From an uncultured Planctomycetota bacterium (lineage in GTDB: Bacteria; Planctomycetota; Planctomycetia; Isosphaerales; Isosphaeraceae), in NCBI GenBank assembly GCA_963823665.1, contig CAWGMQ010000011.1:608001-672000 (forward strand): a DNA stretch of 64,000 nucleotides, given 5' to 3'. The translations under genes were made by a program, and so were the position numbers. This document shows positions 9,615 through 20,472 of this stretch, one piece after another. Position 1 is the stretch's first letter. Every line of letters starts with the position of its first letter. The notes under the pieces are model-generated. The model saw only the letters and a program-made list of their open reading frames with translations, was not told the DNA's origin and ran no database searches.

Positions 9615-10990
9615 TTCTTTGTGCTTTGTTTCTGCTTCAAGATCTCGAGGGATTGTTGGATCAGCTTCATTGTTTTCGCTTGCTCGAATGACTCACCGGT
9701 GGGTAAGTGTCCGAGCTCCGTGTCGATTCTCTTCAATTCTTCCTGCTCCGACTTCGTCAGCTTGGGTTTCGTGAGCAACTCCTTGCGCCGGAGCAACGGT
9801 CGCTCGAACTCCGGTGGCCGCGCGGTTTCGAGTCCGAACAAGTCGCTGGTCAGGATCTGGTCGATTCTCCAGCCGCGGATCGTTTCCGGGTTGTTCTCGA
9901 TGACGACGTGGTCGCCTTCGCGCTTGAGCAAGGCGATGTTGGCGTCGCCTGCCGACTGGACGATCAGTGGGCTATGCGCCGTGGCGATGAATTGCGTGTT
10001 GGGAAATCGCTCGGTCAAGAATCCGATCAGTTCTCTCTGCCACTTCGGGTGCAGATGCAAGTCAATTTCGTCGACCAAGACGACGGCTGGCTCGGCGAGC
10101 GGGTTGGGACTGTCGGGGTAATGTTCGACCAGGCGACTTGCGAGGTCGACAATCCAGGATATCATCGTGCGGTAGCCATAGCCGAGGTTACTGAGGTGGA
10201 CCCAGCCGTAGGGCGTCTTGAACTCGACTTTGGGCGAGGGCATCACCTCGACTGGCGCGCTGAACCTGATGTCGAACACGTCTGGCAACAGATTGATCAA
10301 TATGCCTTTGACCAGCTCCAGGCGTTCGGCCTGCTGCACCTGAATGCGGGATTGTTTACTGGCGGAATAATCAAGCCGCAGTAGCCACTCTTCGGCGTTG
10401 AGGAGCGCAGTCTCCTCGAAAAAAATCCCTTCGTGTTCTTGTTGATATTCGTCGCGTTGCAACGAGCCTGGCCGCGATCTGCGTCCAGCACCATAGGCGT
10501 AACAAACTACCGGATCGACGGTGTCAATACGGGCTGGGATTGGCATTTCTCGAGTACAATCCCAAGTCCACACATGGGTGCGCATGCGATTGGCAGTGCC
10601 GGTCAATTTTAGGCGGTCGACCGTTTTAACGGAGATATGTGGCGTGCGATTCCCTTCCGTGCGCACGAATCTCTCAATTCCAGGTGCGAGGATTTCCAAT
10701 TCGTCGCGGGTGTTGACGCTGTAGATAAACCCACTCCGAAGGCCAAACAGTCCGCTGTACGCAGCGAGAAGCTGCAGTGTGGTCGACTTCCCGGTTCCAT
10801 TTTCTCCCAGAAGAATCGTCCATTGCGCAGGTCGACCGTTGCGGTCGGATAGATCGAGGGTTTGTTTTGCTGAAAAGCAGCGAACATTCTCAATCTCAAA
10901 GGACAAGAAATAGGCCCCGGTCGTCGGGCGCGATTGTCTCCAATTCGCGGACCCGTTTTGGGAGGGTCTTCTGGTCTTTTGTTTGCGCAT
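9611..10990 (-). CDS. ABC-type AAA ATPase, PtuA/Septu-like
   Basis: IENVRCF, Walker A GENGTGKST, signature-like LGYGYRT, Walker B VLVDEIDLHLHPKWQ, H-loop ATAHSP. Confidence 0.88.
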   Translation of the reverse strand: MRKQKTRRPSQNGSANWRQSRPTTGAYFLSFEIENVRCFSAKQTLDLSDRNGRPAQWTILLGENGTGKSTTLQLLAAYSGLFGLRSGFIYSVNTRDELEILAPGIERFVRTEGNRTPHISVKTVDRLKLTGTANRMRTHVWTWDCTREMPIPARIDTVDPVVCYAYGAGRRSRPGSLQRDEYQQEHEGIFFEETALLNAEEWLLRLDYSASKQSRIQVQQAERLELVKGILINLLPDVFDIRFSAPVEVMPSPKVEFKTPYGWVHLSNLGYGYRTMISWIVDLASRLVEHYPDSPNPLAEPAVVLVDEIDLHLHPKWQRELIGFLTERFPNTQFIATAHSPLIVQSAGDANIALLKREGDHVVIENNPETIRGWRIDQILTSDLFGLETARPPEFERPLLRRKELLTKPKLTKSEQEELKRIDTELGHLPTGESFEQAKTMKLIQQSLEILKQKQSTKK

Positions 10991-11101
10991 GTCTGACCTT
11001 CGCTAACGCCCATCACAATTCGAGGGTTATCCGATTCTACACGAATCCGGTCCGCGTGCGATCTGGATTCTCCCAGTCCGGGTGGGAGAACTGTGTGAGC
11101 G

Positions 11102-11208
11102 GGAGACCTTCGGTCAAGCGGACGGCGGGGTCGGAGAGCCTCGCCGAACGCAGGGAGCCGGAGACCTTCGGTCGAGGGGGCGGCGGGGTCGGTCGACCCG
11201 CGCTGAAT
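11102..11208 (+). repeat. Two tandem copies of a ~48-bp REP-like element
   Basis: GGAGACCTTCGGTC...CGGCGGGGTCGG...CGCYGAA at 11102-11149 and 11160-11208; related copy at 28113-28172. Confidence 0.7.
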
Positions 11209-11335
11209 CGAGAATCGAGGTTGACGAATGTGCTTGAATGGTTAACTTGGGCGACGGATCGGTCGGTCGTTGGAGTCTTCGCGCGGGTTGAGGGCCAGGT
11301 CAGCCGATCGAGGCGTCGAAGGAGCGACCGGCATA

Positions 11336-12265
11336 ATGCGCGGCTTTGCGATCGGATGCTGCTGGCTCGTGCTCTCGACAGCGTTTCTGAGTCTGGGCTG
11401 GGCATCGATCGGTCACGCCGACGTGATTTACTCCGGCGACGGCGCCTCGGCCCAAGCCAGCGTGCTCGATCAATTTTCGCAGCAAGTCGGGGCGAGCCCG
11501 GCGTCGATCAATTCGACGGCGACGATCAATTACACGCAGTTTCCCTCGACGCCCGCGACGGTGGTTGTATCGGAGTCGGGCTACGCGGCCGCGACCCCGG
11601 GGGGCGCGAACCTGCTTCAAATCAGCAGCACGTATTCATCGCCGTATGCGCCACAGACTGTCGGCGCCTCGCGTCCCGATCCCGATCCCTATATCGCGGC
11701 AAGCTGGTCCAACGTCGCCGCGACGGTGAGCGGACCCGCCGGGAGCTCGCTGCCGAGCGACATTCGGTTGGAATTCCAGGTGACTTATACTCCGCAGAGC
11801 CAGTTGAGTCAGTATGGAGTGGCATCGATCGGAATCACGGCGCAGACCCTGAATGTGAACGGCAGGAGCCTGACTCTAACCGATGCCGGAGTACCGCTTC
11901 AGGCGGGCATGCCGGCGGTTGTGGCCAGATCGGATGGGTCGCTCACTGGCTCGTTTTCTGTGGATCTGCCTCTTTCCTCAGCGGGAACGAGCAATCAATT
12001 CAACCTGGGGCTCGTATACAACCCGATCGGCTTGCTGAACCACACGCCGACGCCGATGTCGGAAGGGATGACGCTTTCGCTCACGGGGATTCTCTTGCCA
12101 AACGGAATGCCGATCTCGTCGGAAGGTTACAACGTCACGTTTGATTCGGGGCTGCCGGCGCCGGTGGTGCCAGCTCCCGAGCCGACGACCTGGATGCTCT
12201 GGTGCGCGGTGGCTGCGATCGGCGTGCTGAATCGGGTGAGACCGCGATGCGCGGCAGAGGGGTGA
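11336..12265 (+). CDS. PEP-CTERM sorting domain surface protein
   Basis: Signal peptide ending HAD, Ser/Thr/Pro-rich body, C-terminal VPAPEPTTWMLWCAVAAIGVLNRVRPR. Confidence 0.85.
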   Translation: MRGFAIGCCWLVLSTAFLSLGWASIGHADVIYSGDGASAQASVLDQFSQQVGASPASINSTATINYTQFPSTPATVVVSESGYAAATPGGANLLQISSTYSSPYAPQTVGASRPDPDPYIAASWSNVAATVSGPAGSSLPSDIRLEFQVTYTPQSQLSQYGVASIGITAQTLNVNGRSLTLTDAGVPLQAGMPAVVARSDGSLTGSFSVDLPLSSAGTSNQFNLGLVYNPIGLLNHTPTPMSEGMTLSLTGILLPNGMPISSEGYNVTFDSGLPAPVVPAPEPTTWMLWCAVAAIGVLNRVRPRCAAEG

Positions 12266-12368
12266 TCGCCGGCCTTGAGCGTAGGTCCGATCGTCCGCGG
12301 TGGTCGCACTGACGTGCGAGGCTGGAGGTTCTCCGTCCGAACCACAGGCTCACGACCGTGGTCACGAC

Positions 12369-13770
12369 TCACGACTCTCTCGCGGGTCCTGATTGACCGA
12401 GCTCTTCTAACTTCCGATAGAGTGAAGACAGACCCAGGCCCAGGCGCTTGGCGGCTTCGCGCTTGTCGCTGGCGCACTCGCGCAGGACGCGCTCGATGTG
12501 CAGGCGCTCGTACTTTCGGACCGCGGCGCGGAGGTCGTCGCCGGGGTCTTCGGTGTCGCCGGGGGAGATCAGGCCGGGGGGGAAATCATCGGGGGTCAGG
12601 ATCGGGCCTTCACTGAACAAGACCGCCCGCTCGAGGGCGTTGTCGAGCTCGCGCACGTTTCCCGGCCAGGCAGCGGTCATCAGGCCACGAATCGTCGCGG
12701 TTGTCAACGCCGTCGATCCGCTTGCCCAGGCTCGTCGCGTGCTTGGCGATCAACATCGCCACGAGCGACGGGATGTCTTCGCGGCGATCGGAGAGGGGAG
12801 GCAAGTGAATGCAGACGACGTTCAGGCGGTAATATAAATCAGCGCGAAACCGATCGGCGGCGACCTCGGCCGCCAGATCCTTGTTGGTGGCCGTCACGAT
12901 CCGGGCCTGAAAGGAGACCGGCCTGGTTGCACCAATGGGCAAGACCTCTCGATTCTCGATCGTGCGCAACAGCTTGGCCTGCGTCGATCGCGCCAGCTCG
13001 CCGATCTCGTCAAGGAACACCGTGCCCCGGCCCGCGGCGACGAACAAACCTTCCTGGTCGCCGGATGCCCCGGTGTAGGCGCCCCGGACGTGGCCGAAGA
13101 GCTGGTTCTCCAGCAGCTCGTGCGGGATCGCCGCGCAGTTCACCGCAAGGAACATTTCTTCCGGCGCCGGCCCGTGCGCATGCAGCGCGCGGGCCACCAG
13201 CTCCTTGCCGGTTCCCGTCTCGCCCGTGATCAGAACCATGGTGCGGGAGGGTGCAACCTTCTGGATCAAACTCTTGACGTCCGCAATGGCGGGACTCTCG
13301 CCCACCAGGGGGTCGGGGTCTCCCTGAGCGTGGAGCTGGCGACGGAGTGCCTGGTTTTCCCTGAGGAGCCGCTGGAGACAAAGCAGCCGCTCGAGACGGG
13401 CGATCAAGTCTTCGAAGAGCACCGGCTTCATCAGGTAGTCATGAGCACCGCGCCGGAACGCGGCGACGGCACTCTCGACCGTTGCAAAAGCGGTGATCAT
13501 GATGAAAAGAGTTTCGGGGCGGAGCTCGAGTGTGCGGTTCAGGACGGTGATCCCATCGGCGCCGGGCAACTGAATGTCGCAGAGGACGATCTCCGGCTCG
13601 AATGATTCGACTTGCGCGAGAGCGGAGGGAAGGTCTGTGGCCGTGGCGGCCTCGAAGCCCTCGCCTTGGAGGAATTCCCGGAGAGTTGAGGCGATCACTT
13701 CCTCGTCATCCACGATCAGGATGCGGCCGCGGGGGGGAGAATCGGTCGGTTTTTTTGGGGGGGGCGGCAT
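12369..13770 (-). CDS. Sigma-54-dependent response regulator, NtrC family (frameshift near 12700)
   Basis: Receiver ILIVDDE...CDIQLP; GETGTGKE; GAYTGA; FLDEIGE; FRADLYYRLNV; WPGNVRELDN and Fis-type HTH in ORF 12369-12707. Confidence 0.92.
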
Positions 13771-15197
13771 TTGGTTTTTCGGGTCGTCGGATCAGGATCA
13801 GCATTAAGATTGGGATTAGGATTAAGATTAAGCTCAGGATTAAGATTATGGGTCAACTTGTTGTAGCTCGCGCGGGGGTGCGACGTGCTCGCTGCGCGAT
13901 TTGTCGGGCGTTCTAGCGGCAGACGGACCACGAAGGTTGAACCCTCGCCGGGCTCGGAGATGAATCGCCAGTGTGCCGGAGAACTCCTGGAGGATCTGGC
14001 GGCTGACGAAGAGGCCCAGGCCGGTGCCATGCGCCTTCGTGGTGAAATAGGGCTGGAATAGGCGGCAGCGGTCGGCAATCGAGATGCCGCGGCCGTCGTC
14101 TTCGACTGAGAGGACAAGGTGGCCGTCTTCGTCCTTGGCGGAGACGTGAATCCGGCCCTGGTCGGCTGTTGCGTCAACTGCGTTCAGAACGAGGTTGAGC
14201 ACGACCTGGGTCAGGTAGTCGCGCACGCCGACGACGGCCGGCAAATCGGTGGGGACTTCGGTCGTGATCGAGCGCTGCTTGGTGCGCTGATAGTACTTGG
14301 CGATTCCGAGGGCTTCGTCAACGACCTCGGCCACACGCACCCGGCTCACCGCGGTCGATGCGGGTCGCGAGAAGTCGATCAGCTCGCGGATCGTCCGTTC
14401 GATGCGCTGCAACTGCCGAGCGGCCAGGTCGAGCTTCTCGGCGGTGTAGGAGTCAGGCCCGCGCCGCTTGAGAATCTGAACGAGCGAGCTGAGGCCGCCA
14501 GTGGATTGCCCACTTCGTGCGCGATGCCCGCGGCCAGCAGGCCGAACGCTGCCATTTTTTCCTGGTGAATGACTCGAGCCTGCGAGGCGCGCAGCGCGTC
14601 GGTGCGTTCTTCCACTCGTTCTTCCAGGTCTTCGCGAATCGAGGCCAGCTCGTGATTCAAGTGTTCGAGCTTCTGGCGGGCGGCATGCAGGGAGCCCGCA
14701 AGGGATGAACACGCCCAGGTCGCCCAGGCCATGATGGTCCAGGTCAGGGGAAGGGTTGAATCCCAGAGCGATGCGACGCCCAGGATTCGGCCGAGGGCCA
14801 GGAGGGTCAGGCTATGAAACGCAAATGTCCACCAGGCCACGGCCGAGCTGAAGCGGATCGAGCAGCAGATCAGCGAGAGCAGGTAATACCAGCGAAAGGG
14901 ACTGGACAGGCCCGTGTCGTGATAGCAGAGAAGCGCGATGAAGACCGACTCCATGAGTGAGACGAAGAGCGGCCAGCGCTTGAGGAAGACTTCACCCATC
15001 CGCCAGAAGGCGAGGTCAAGCGCGGCATAACCGGCGCCGAGCGCCAGAAAGGCCCGCACGGCCCACGGATCGTGGAGGCCGGTGCGGGTCTGGACAAGGA
15101 TATAGCCCATGACGACGCCGAACCAGCGGAGCTTGACCACGGCTGACTCGGCCGAAAGCTCCCAGCGCGATCGCTCGGGCAAACCATCTGTGATCAA
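13716..15197 (-). CDS. Membrane sensor histidine kinase (two frameshifts; 3' end uncertain)
   Basis: Several TMs; H-box EKMAAFGLLAAGIAHEVGNPL; N-box QVVLNLVLNAVDA; DDGRGI; FQPYFTTK; GTGLGL; SEPGEGSTF spread over three frames. Confidence 0.88.
13791..13850. repeat. Ten imperfect hexamer tandem repeats (consensus ATTAAG/ATCAGG)
   Basis: ATCAGG ATCAGC ATTAAG ATTGGG ATTAGG ATTAAG ATTAAG CTCAGG ATTAAG ATTATG. Confidence 0.85.
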
Positions 15198-15506
15198 TTG
15201 CCGCTCCGCAGGAGGTTGCGATTCGAGCCGCGCGCCACGTATAACGTATCCACAATGGGAGCTGTGGCGCGGCCGGGCACCATTCATTATAGGCAGCAAT
15301 CGAGCGAGGGCGCAGCGCCAAGCGTCACTTCCTCGAATTTGGCGGTCGCATGTCGGGTCAGGCGGGCAATTCCGGATAAAGGGTGGGAGAGTACGCAAAG
15401 AGCAAAGCTTTACCGATCGACGCTCGGTCGTTTGCCTTTGGTTCGGATTCGTCCTGCCCGAATCTGCGGCATTTATCCACTCAGTCAGGGCGAGAAAGAG
15501 CCGACG

Positions 15507-16001
15507 ATGTCGAAAACCGCGAACAGCACGCTTGCGAGCACGACAGTAACCACACCTCGCGCGACTCAGACGATGTCGAAAACTGCGAACACCAAGCCTA
15601 CGGTCACGACCGTGACCATACCTCGCGCGACTCAGATGACTTACGCGACCGGGCAGCCGTTTGTGATCACGCTGGACATTACCGGTGCCCCGAGCGTGAG
15701 CTTCGTTCAGGCCGTCAAGACCGAGACGGGGTATTCGAATACCCCGTGGGCGCTCTGGAGTAGCAACACCGACAACCAATCCGTGTCTGGGACCACGTTG
15801 CTGACGCTGATTCTGGCAGCTCAGCGCGGCTTGCCCACGATTGTTCCAGGGAGGGAGCGCTCAGTTAATTCCGATTCCCACAAAGTGACAGTCACTGGCG
15901 GTACGGGAACTTTGACCATCACCCTGACGTCGCCTGCGGCACCGATCACGGTTCCGGTTGTCGTCGAACCGACGGGGCCCTGTGATTTCTGTCCGTGCTA
16001 A
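15507..16001 (+). CDS. Hypothetical Thr-rich protein with duplicated 22-aa N-terminus and C-terminal CxxCxC
   Basis: MSKTANSTLASTTVTTPRATQT / MSKTANTKPTVTTVTIPRATQM (66-bp period); ends GPCDFCPC. Confidence 0.6.
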   Translation: MSKTANSTLASTTVTTPRATQTMSKTANTKPTVTTVTIPRATQMTYATGQPFVITLDITGAPSVSFVQAVKTETGYSNTPWALWSSNTDNQSVSGTTLLTLILAAQRGLPTIVPGRERSVNSDSHKVTVTGGTGTLTITLTSPAAPITVPVVVEPTGPCDFCPC

Positions 16002-16045
16002 GCCCATTGCGCAAACGATCTGAGGCAATCGTGCGGGTTTCTGTT

Positions 16046-18900
16046 TCATTTGAGATTGGCGCGCTCGGTGTCGACGATTTTGAGTAGTTTGTGGTCGAGC
16101 TGACTCTCTGGATTGGCGGCAATCGCCAGGCTGTGGGCTTGCGCGGCCTGTTCAAAGAGCGCGCGGGCGGCGTCGCGATTTCCGCGTGCGGATTCGATGC
16201 GTGCGAGATTGGCGAGGGTGCGGCCGTGGTGACTGTGGTAGTCGAAGATTGGGCGAGCTTTGAGCAGATCCCGAAGCAGTCTCTGCGCTGTTTCGCAGTC
16301 TGCGCTGGCCCGTTCGAGAAGCTTGGTCGCATTGCTCCGATCGCTGGCAGCTTGCGCGAGAGCGAGCGCGAGGAGCATTCCGCCTCGACCGTTGCATGCG
16401 ACCGCGACTTCGCGGCGAAGCTGAGGGATACCGGGGTAGGCATTCGCGAGTGGGACCATGATGCGCTTTGCACTTTCGAACGCGGTCATGGCCTCGGACC
16501 GGCGCCTGACGTCGTCGGCGAGCAGCTCTCCGCGGTGATTGAGGACGGCGGCGTAGACGCGCTTGATGTCGGGACTACTGTACTTCGCGTCGAGAGCACT
16601 TGCGCCGGCGATCGCCTGGTCGCAGAGTCGTAGTGCCTCGGTGCTGTTTCCCAGCTCGCGCTCGGTGAAGCTCAGGTTGCCTCGAGCCATGACGAGGAGG
16701 AGCTGGTTGATGGGTTCATCGCCAAGAGCGGCGCCGGGCGCGGAGAGGAGCTCGATTGCCCGCGTTCCTGAAGCCCGCGCGTCCGGGTAACGGCCACTGT
16801 CGTTCTGGGCATTGGCGAGGTTCAAGAAGGCGATCGCGCCAATCTGTTTCTGGATGCCGGCTGCGGGAATGGAGCGTCGGGGGCGTCCACCAGGTCGAGG
16901 GCCAGTTGAGCAAAAGACCGGGATGGCTTGGGCAGGCCGTTCATCGCGTACAGCTCGCCGGTGTCGATGGTATTCGACACGGCCTCCTCGCGAATCTGCG
17001 GGTTGGACGGAGACTCCTTCATAAGCAGCTCGAGGAAACCTGTGGCTTCCTGGTACAAGGGGAGAGGCTCGTCGAACTGGCCGATCATCCGCCCGATGTT
17101 GGCGGTGACGCGCAAGACTTTCGCCATGTCGAGGCGCACGTTCGCGTCGTGTGGCTGCGAGTCGAGGAACTCGCGTGAAGTGCCGAGTGCTTTTTCGGCG
17201 AGCTGCTTGCGGACATCCTCCGAGCCATTCACGTAGGCGAGGCGGTTGCCGGCGAGCTCGACAAGCTCGCGAACGGCCGCGCGCGCTTTGGCGAAGTTGT
17301 CGTCCGACTGCATCCTGGCAGCGTGCTCGGCGGATCGTGCGGCGTTCTCATTGCGAAGAGCTCTGGCCACGAGCGCTGCGGCGAGAGAGGAGACGAGGGC
17401 CACGAGCAAGAGCGCGGCGGCCGCAGCCTGGGCGGAAGTGCGATGGTGCCGGGTCCAGCGCGCGAGGCGCTCACTGTCGGATTCGCGATAGGCGCTCACC
17501 GGCTCGTCGGCGAGCCAGTGCTTGACTTCGTCGGCAAGTTCTCGCACGGACGAATAACGATCATCCGGTGCGATGGCCATCGCCTTCAAGCATACGGCCT
17601 CGAGTGCGGGCGAGACGTCGGGATTCTTCGCACGCGGCCGAGGGAACCGGCCAGCGATGATATCGCCGATGACTCTGGGTAGGTCTTGCTGCTCATCTTC
17701 GGTGGTTTCACGATTGCCGGGAGCGATCGATGGGGCGCCCGTCAGAAGATTGTAAAGAACCGCGCCCAGGGCGTAGACGTCGCTGCGCGGCCCGATTCTA
17801 GCGTCCTGGCCGCGAGCCTGCTCGGGAGGCATGAAGCCGATGGTGCCGTGGGTGGCGCCGCTCCATGTGCGCCATTCCTCGGTTGCCGATTGCGGTCGCA
17901 GTCTCGGCTCGATCTGACGAGCATCGGTGTCTGCGACCTGGTCGATCAGCTTGGCGAGGCCCCAGTCGACAACCAGTGTTTCGCCAAAGCGGCCGAGCAT
18001 GACGTTGCCCGGTTTCAGGTCGCGATGCAAGATCCCGCGGTGGTGAGCGTAGTCGACCGCGTCGCACACGTTGAGGAACCGGTCGAGGAGCTCGCGGAAA
18101 TCGAGATCGTGCCTGGTCTGCCGGGGACTCGACGCGCTACGGGCATGAAACTCCGTGATGGCATCGCGAAGGGTCCGGTCGGCTAACAGCCGCATTGCGT
18201 AGAACGGGCGTCCGTCCGGATAGCTGCCCAGGCCGTAGACTGGCACGATGCTCGGGTGCTCGAGCGCGCCGGTGATCTCGGCTTCGACGACGAAGCGCAA
18301 GCGGCTGAGGTGATCGCTCGCGTAGCGCGGACCGATCTCCTTGAGCGCGACGGTGCGGTGGAGCTCTTCGTCGGCGGCCTTGGAGATGATGCCCATGCCG
18401 CCCTCCTTGATTCGCTCCAGGATGCGGAAGCGATTGCCCGGGGACGTGCGGTTGCCCACGGTCGTGGAAGTTGATTCGAAGGGCGAGTCGCTGCGGCCGT
18501 CGGTTGTGGGGGCCGCAGCGCGCGCGGCCACAGCCGTTTGCAGCACGGGGTCACCGACCGTGAAGCGAAGGTCGCTGCCGCCTTCGGGGCGAAGGGTTCG
18601 AGTCGGCACGTCGGCGAATGCGGTGGCGATCGTGGCGGCGTCGTCCGGGAAGCGCGCGAGGTACTCCTCGGTGGTGGGTCGGTCGCCACGGGCGCGGCGG
18701 AGCTCCAGCTCGATGTCGAGCAGAGCAAGGAGCAGGGCCGAGCGCGATGACTGGCTGGCGTTCAACTTCACCAGGTAATCTTCGATTCTCGGGGATAGGC
18801 CGGCGCGAAAGGCCTGCTCGAATGCGTTGCAGATATCGTGGATCTGCGCGAGTGCTTCGAGAGGGAGCGAATCCTGGTCCGAGTTTTGTCCTGTGCTCAT
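16046..18900 (-). CDS. Hanks-type Ser/Thr kinase with TM and TPR-like C-terminus (frameshift near 16830)
   Basis: EGGMG, VALKE, HRDLKPGN, VVDWGLAK, GTIGFMPPEQ, SDVYALG; helical repeats continue in ORF 16046-16825. Confidence 0.9.
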
Positions 18901-19083
18901 TTCAGGGCGTCTCCTGGCGCTTGCAGGTCTTGCGGATCGGGCGAAGGCGCATGGCCGATGATCGGTTCCAGGGACGGATTGGGCAAGAGGCCAGAAATTG
19001 AGCGGGCATTCGTGTATCGGCGCGAGGCAAGGGAAGTCGAGGGCGATCTCGCGTGGCCTTCGGCCGGAATCGCGCTTGAAGCA

Positions 19084-20214
19084 TCAACTAGCGGTCATTT
19101 CGGGGCCGGGCCTGGGGCCATCAAGACGACCTTTCCATCGAGCCAGACGTAATTCGATTTCAGTGGCGCCGGCCATCGAGACCTTGGTGAAGTTCGCGAT
19201 CGGCCGTGAGAACTGGAAGTCACGGTCTGTCCATCTGGGATCGAAGTCGATGTCGCGGAGCTCGATCCGATAGACGTACCGGCGCTCCGGTAACATGATG
19301 ACGTTTCCATCCTTATCCCGGGCCGGCAAGTCGACGGCGACGTGCTTGCCATTCTTTTCGACGACCGTCGATGAGAAGAGCGGCTGCGGTCCGACGGACC
19401 AGGTCGCCGTGGCTTCCGCCACCACATGGTGGCCTTTCTCCAGGCGGAATCGCGTGGCGTCGAATTGATGTGAGCGCAGCGTCGGGTCGTCTGCGGAGGC
19501 TCGTTTATCGAAACGGATCCTCCGCGCGGCATAGCCAAGAGCGGGGTCGATCCAAACCTCGATCTTGGTGTCCAATGTCAGCCCGCGCAGCCGGTAGAGC
19601 GGGCGTTTATCAAGTGTAACCGCCTGCACCGTGAGCTTTGCCGTCCGCAAGAAGTCGGGAATCCACTTCTGATCGATGATCCCGTAGCATGTCGCACAGG
19701 GCGAGCCGCCCAAGTGGTCTAACTTGCTCTGAGCCGACGGCTGGAGCCAGGCGAGAATTGTCCCATCGGCAAAGATGCTGACCTGTTGCTCCGCCTGCCA
19801 CAGGGTCTCGAAGACCTCGTGGCCTTTGTCGCTGTCCGTGGTCTGGACCAGCCTCAGGCGGCCTGGGTCGCGGAAGACGGACCATTCCTCGGTCGATTCC
19901 GCATGCTTCACCTCTTCATCCGGCTTGGATTTTTCAATGTGGAGGGTCCATCGTCCTTTCATACGATTGTACGGAGCCAGACTTGTCTCGTAGCTCCGCA
20001 CGAGCGCAGCCGGCTCAGGCTGGCTGACCCGGGACCGTGCCTCCGGCGCAGGCTGGCTGGTTGGCCTCTCCTGGGCGGCTGCCTCGGTTTGGTTGATCGG
20101 CTCGATGAGCCCGAGACCAAGAAAGACGACGAGCTTGATCAAAGCCGCGGACTTGCCAATCGTCGTCCTTACCATGGATTTCAGAACTCCTTCGGTGATG
20201 GATTTCTTCGACAT
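19084..20214 (-). CDS. Hypothetical exported protein
   Basis: 376-aa ORF with signal-like N-terminus; IEVWIDPALGYAARR motif reminiscent of LolA-like planctomycete proteins. Confidence 0.65.
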   Translation of the reverse strand: MSKKSITEGVLKSMVRTTIGKSAALIKLVVFLGLGLIEPINQTEAAAQERPTSQPAPEARSRVSQPEPAALVRSYETSLAPYNRMKGRWTLHIEKSKPDEEVKHAESTEEWSVFRDPGRLRLVQTTDSDKGHEVFETLWQAEQQVSIFADGTILAWLQPSAQSKLDHLGGSPCATCYGIIDQKWIPDFLRTAKLTVQAVTLDKRPLYRLRGLTLDTKIEVWIDPALGYAARRIRFDKRASADDPTLRSHQFDATRFRLEKGHHVVAEATATWSVGPQPLFSSTVVEKNGKHVAVDLPARDKDGNVIMLPERRYVYRIELRDIDFDPRWTDRDFQFSRPIANFTKVSMAGATEIELRLARWKGRLDGPRPGPEMTAS

Positions 20215-20310
20215 CCTCGTTCGATCCGATTATAATCCTGCCTGCGTCGCTCGCCACCGCGGGTGGGAAGCGGAGGGCGTGTCTGCGAAGTGCGCCCTGG
20301 TATGGAAAGA

Positions 20311-20344
20311 CCCTCACCCCGGCCCTCTCCCACGGGGGAGGGAG
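20311..20344. repeat. REP-like palindrome
   Basis: CCCTCACCCCGGCCCTCTCCCACGGGGGAGGGAG; related GC hairpins at about 49020-49110. Confidence 0.55.
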
Positions 20345-20472
20345 CGATGAAACGCCGCGTTGAATTCCTCAACTTCATCGAATCGTCCGCGCTTTGAATT
20401 CGCAGAAACCCTCTGAGGGCGATTCGGGCGCGGCGACTGCGGTCAGACTCGGCTCCGAGAGGAGACCTCGAC

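Noticed and set aside
8830..11330. Retron (Ec78-like)
   Set aside because: No reverse transcriptase near the ATPase-HNH pair and no convincing msr-msd
11336..15197. PrsK/PrsR-type sigma-54 control of the PEP-CTERM gene
   Set aside because: Adjacent but convergent, and no -24/-12 TGGCAC-N5-TTGC motif upstream of 11336
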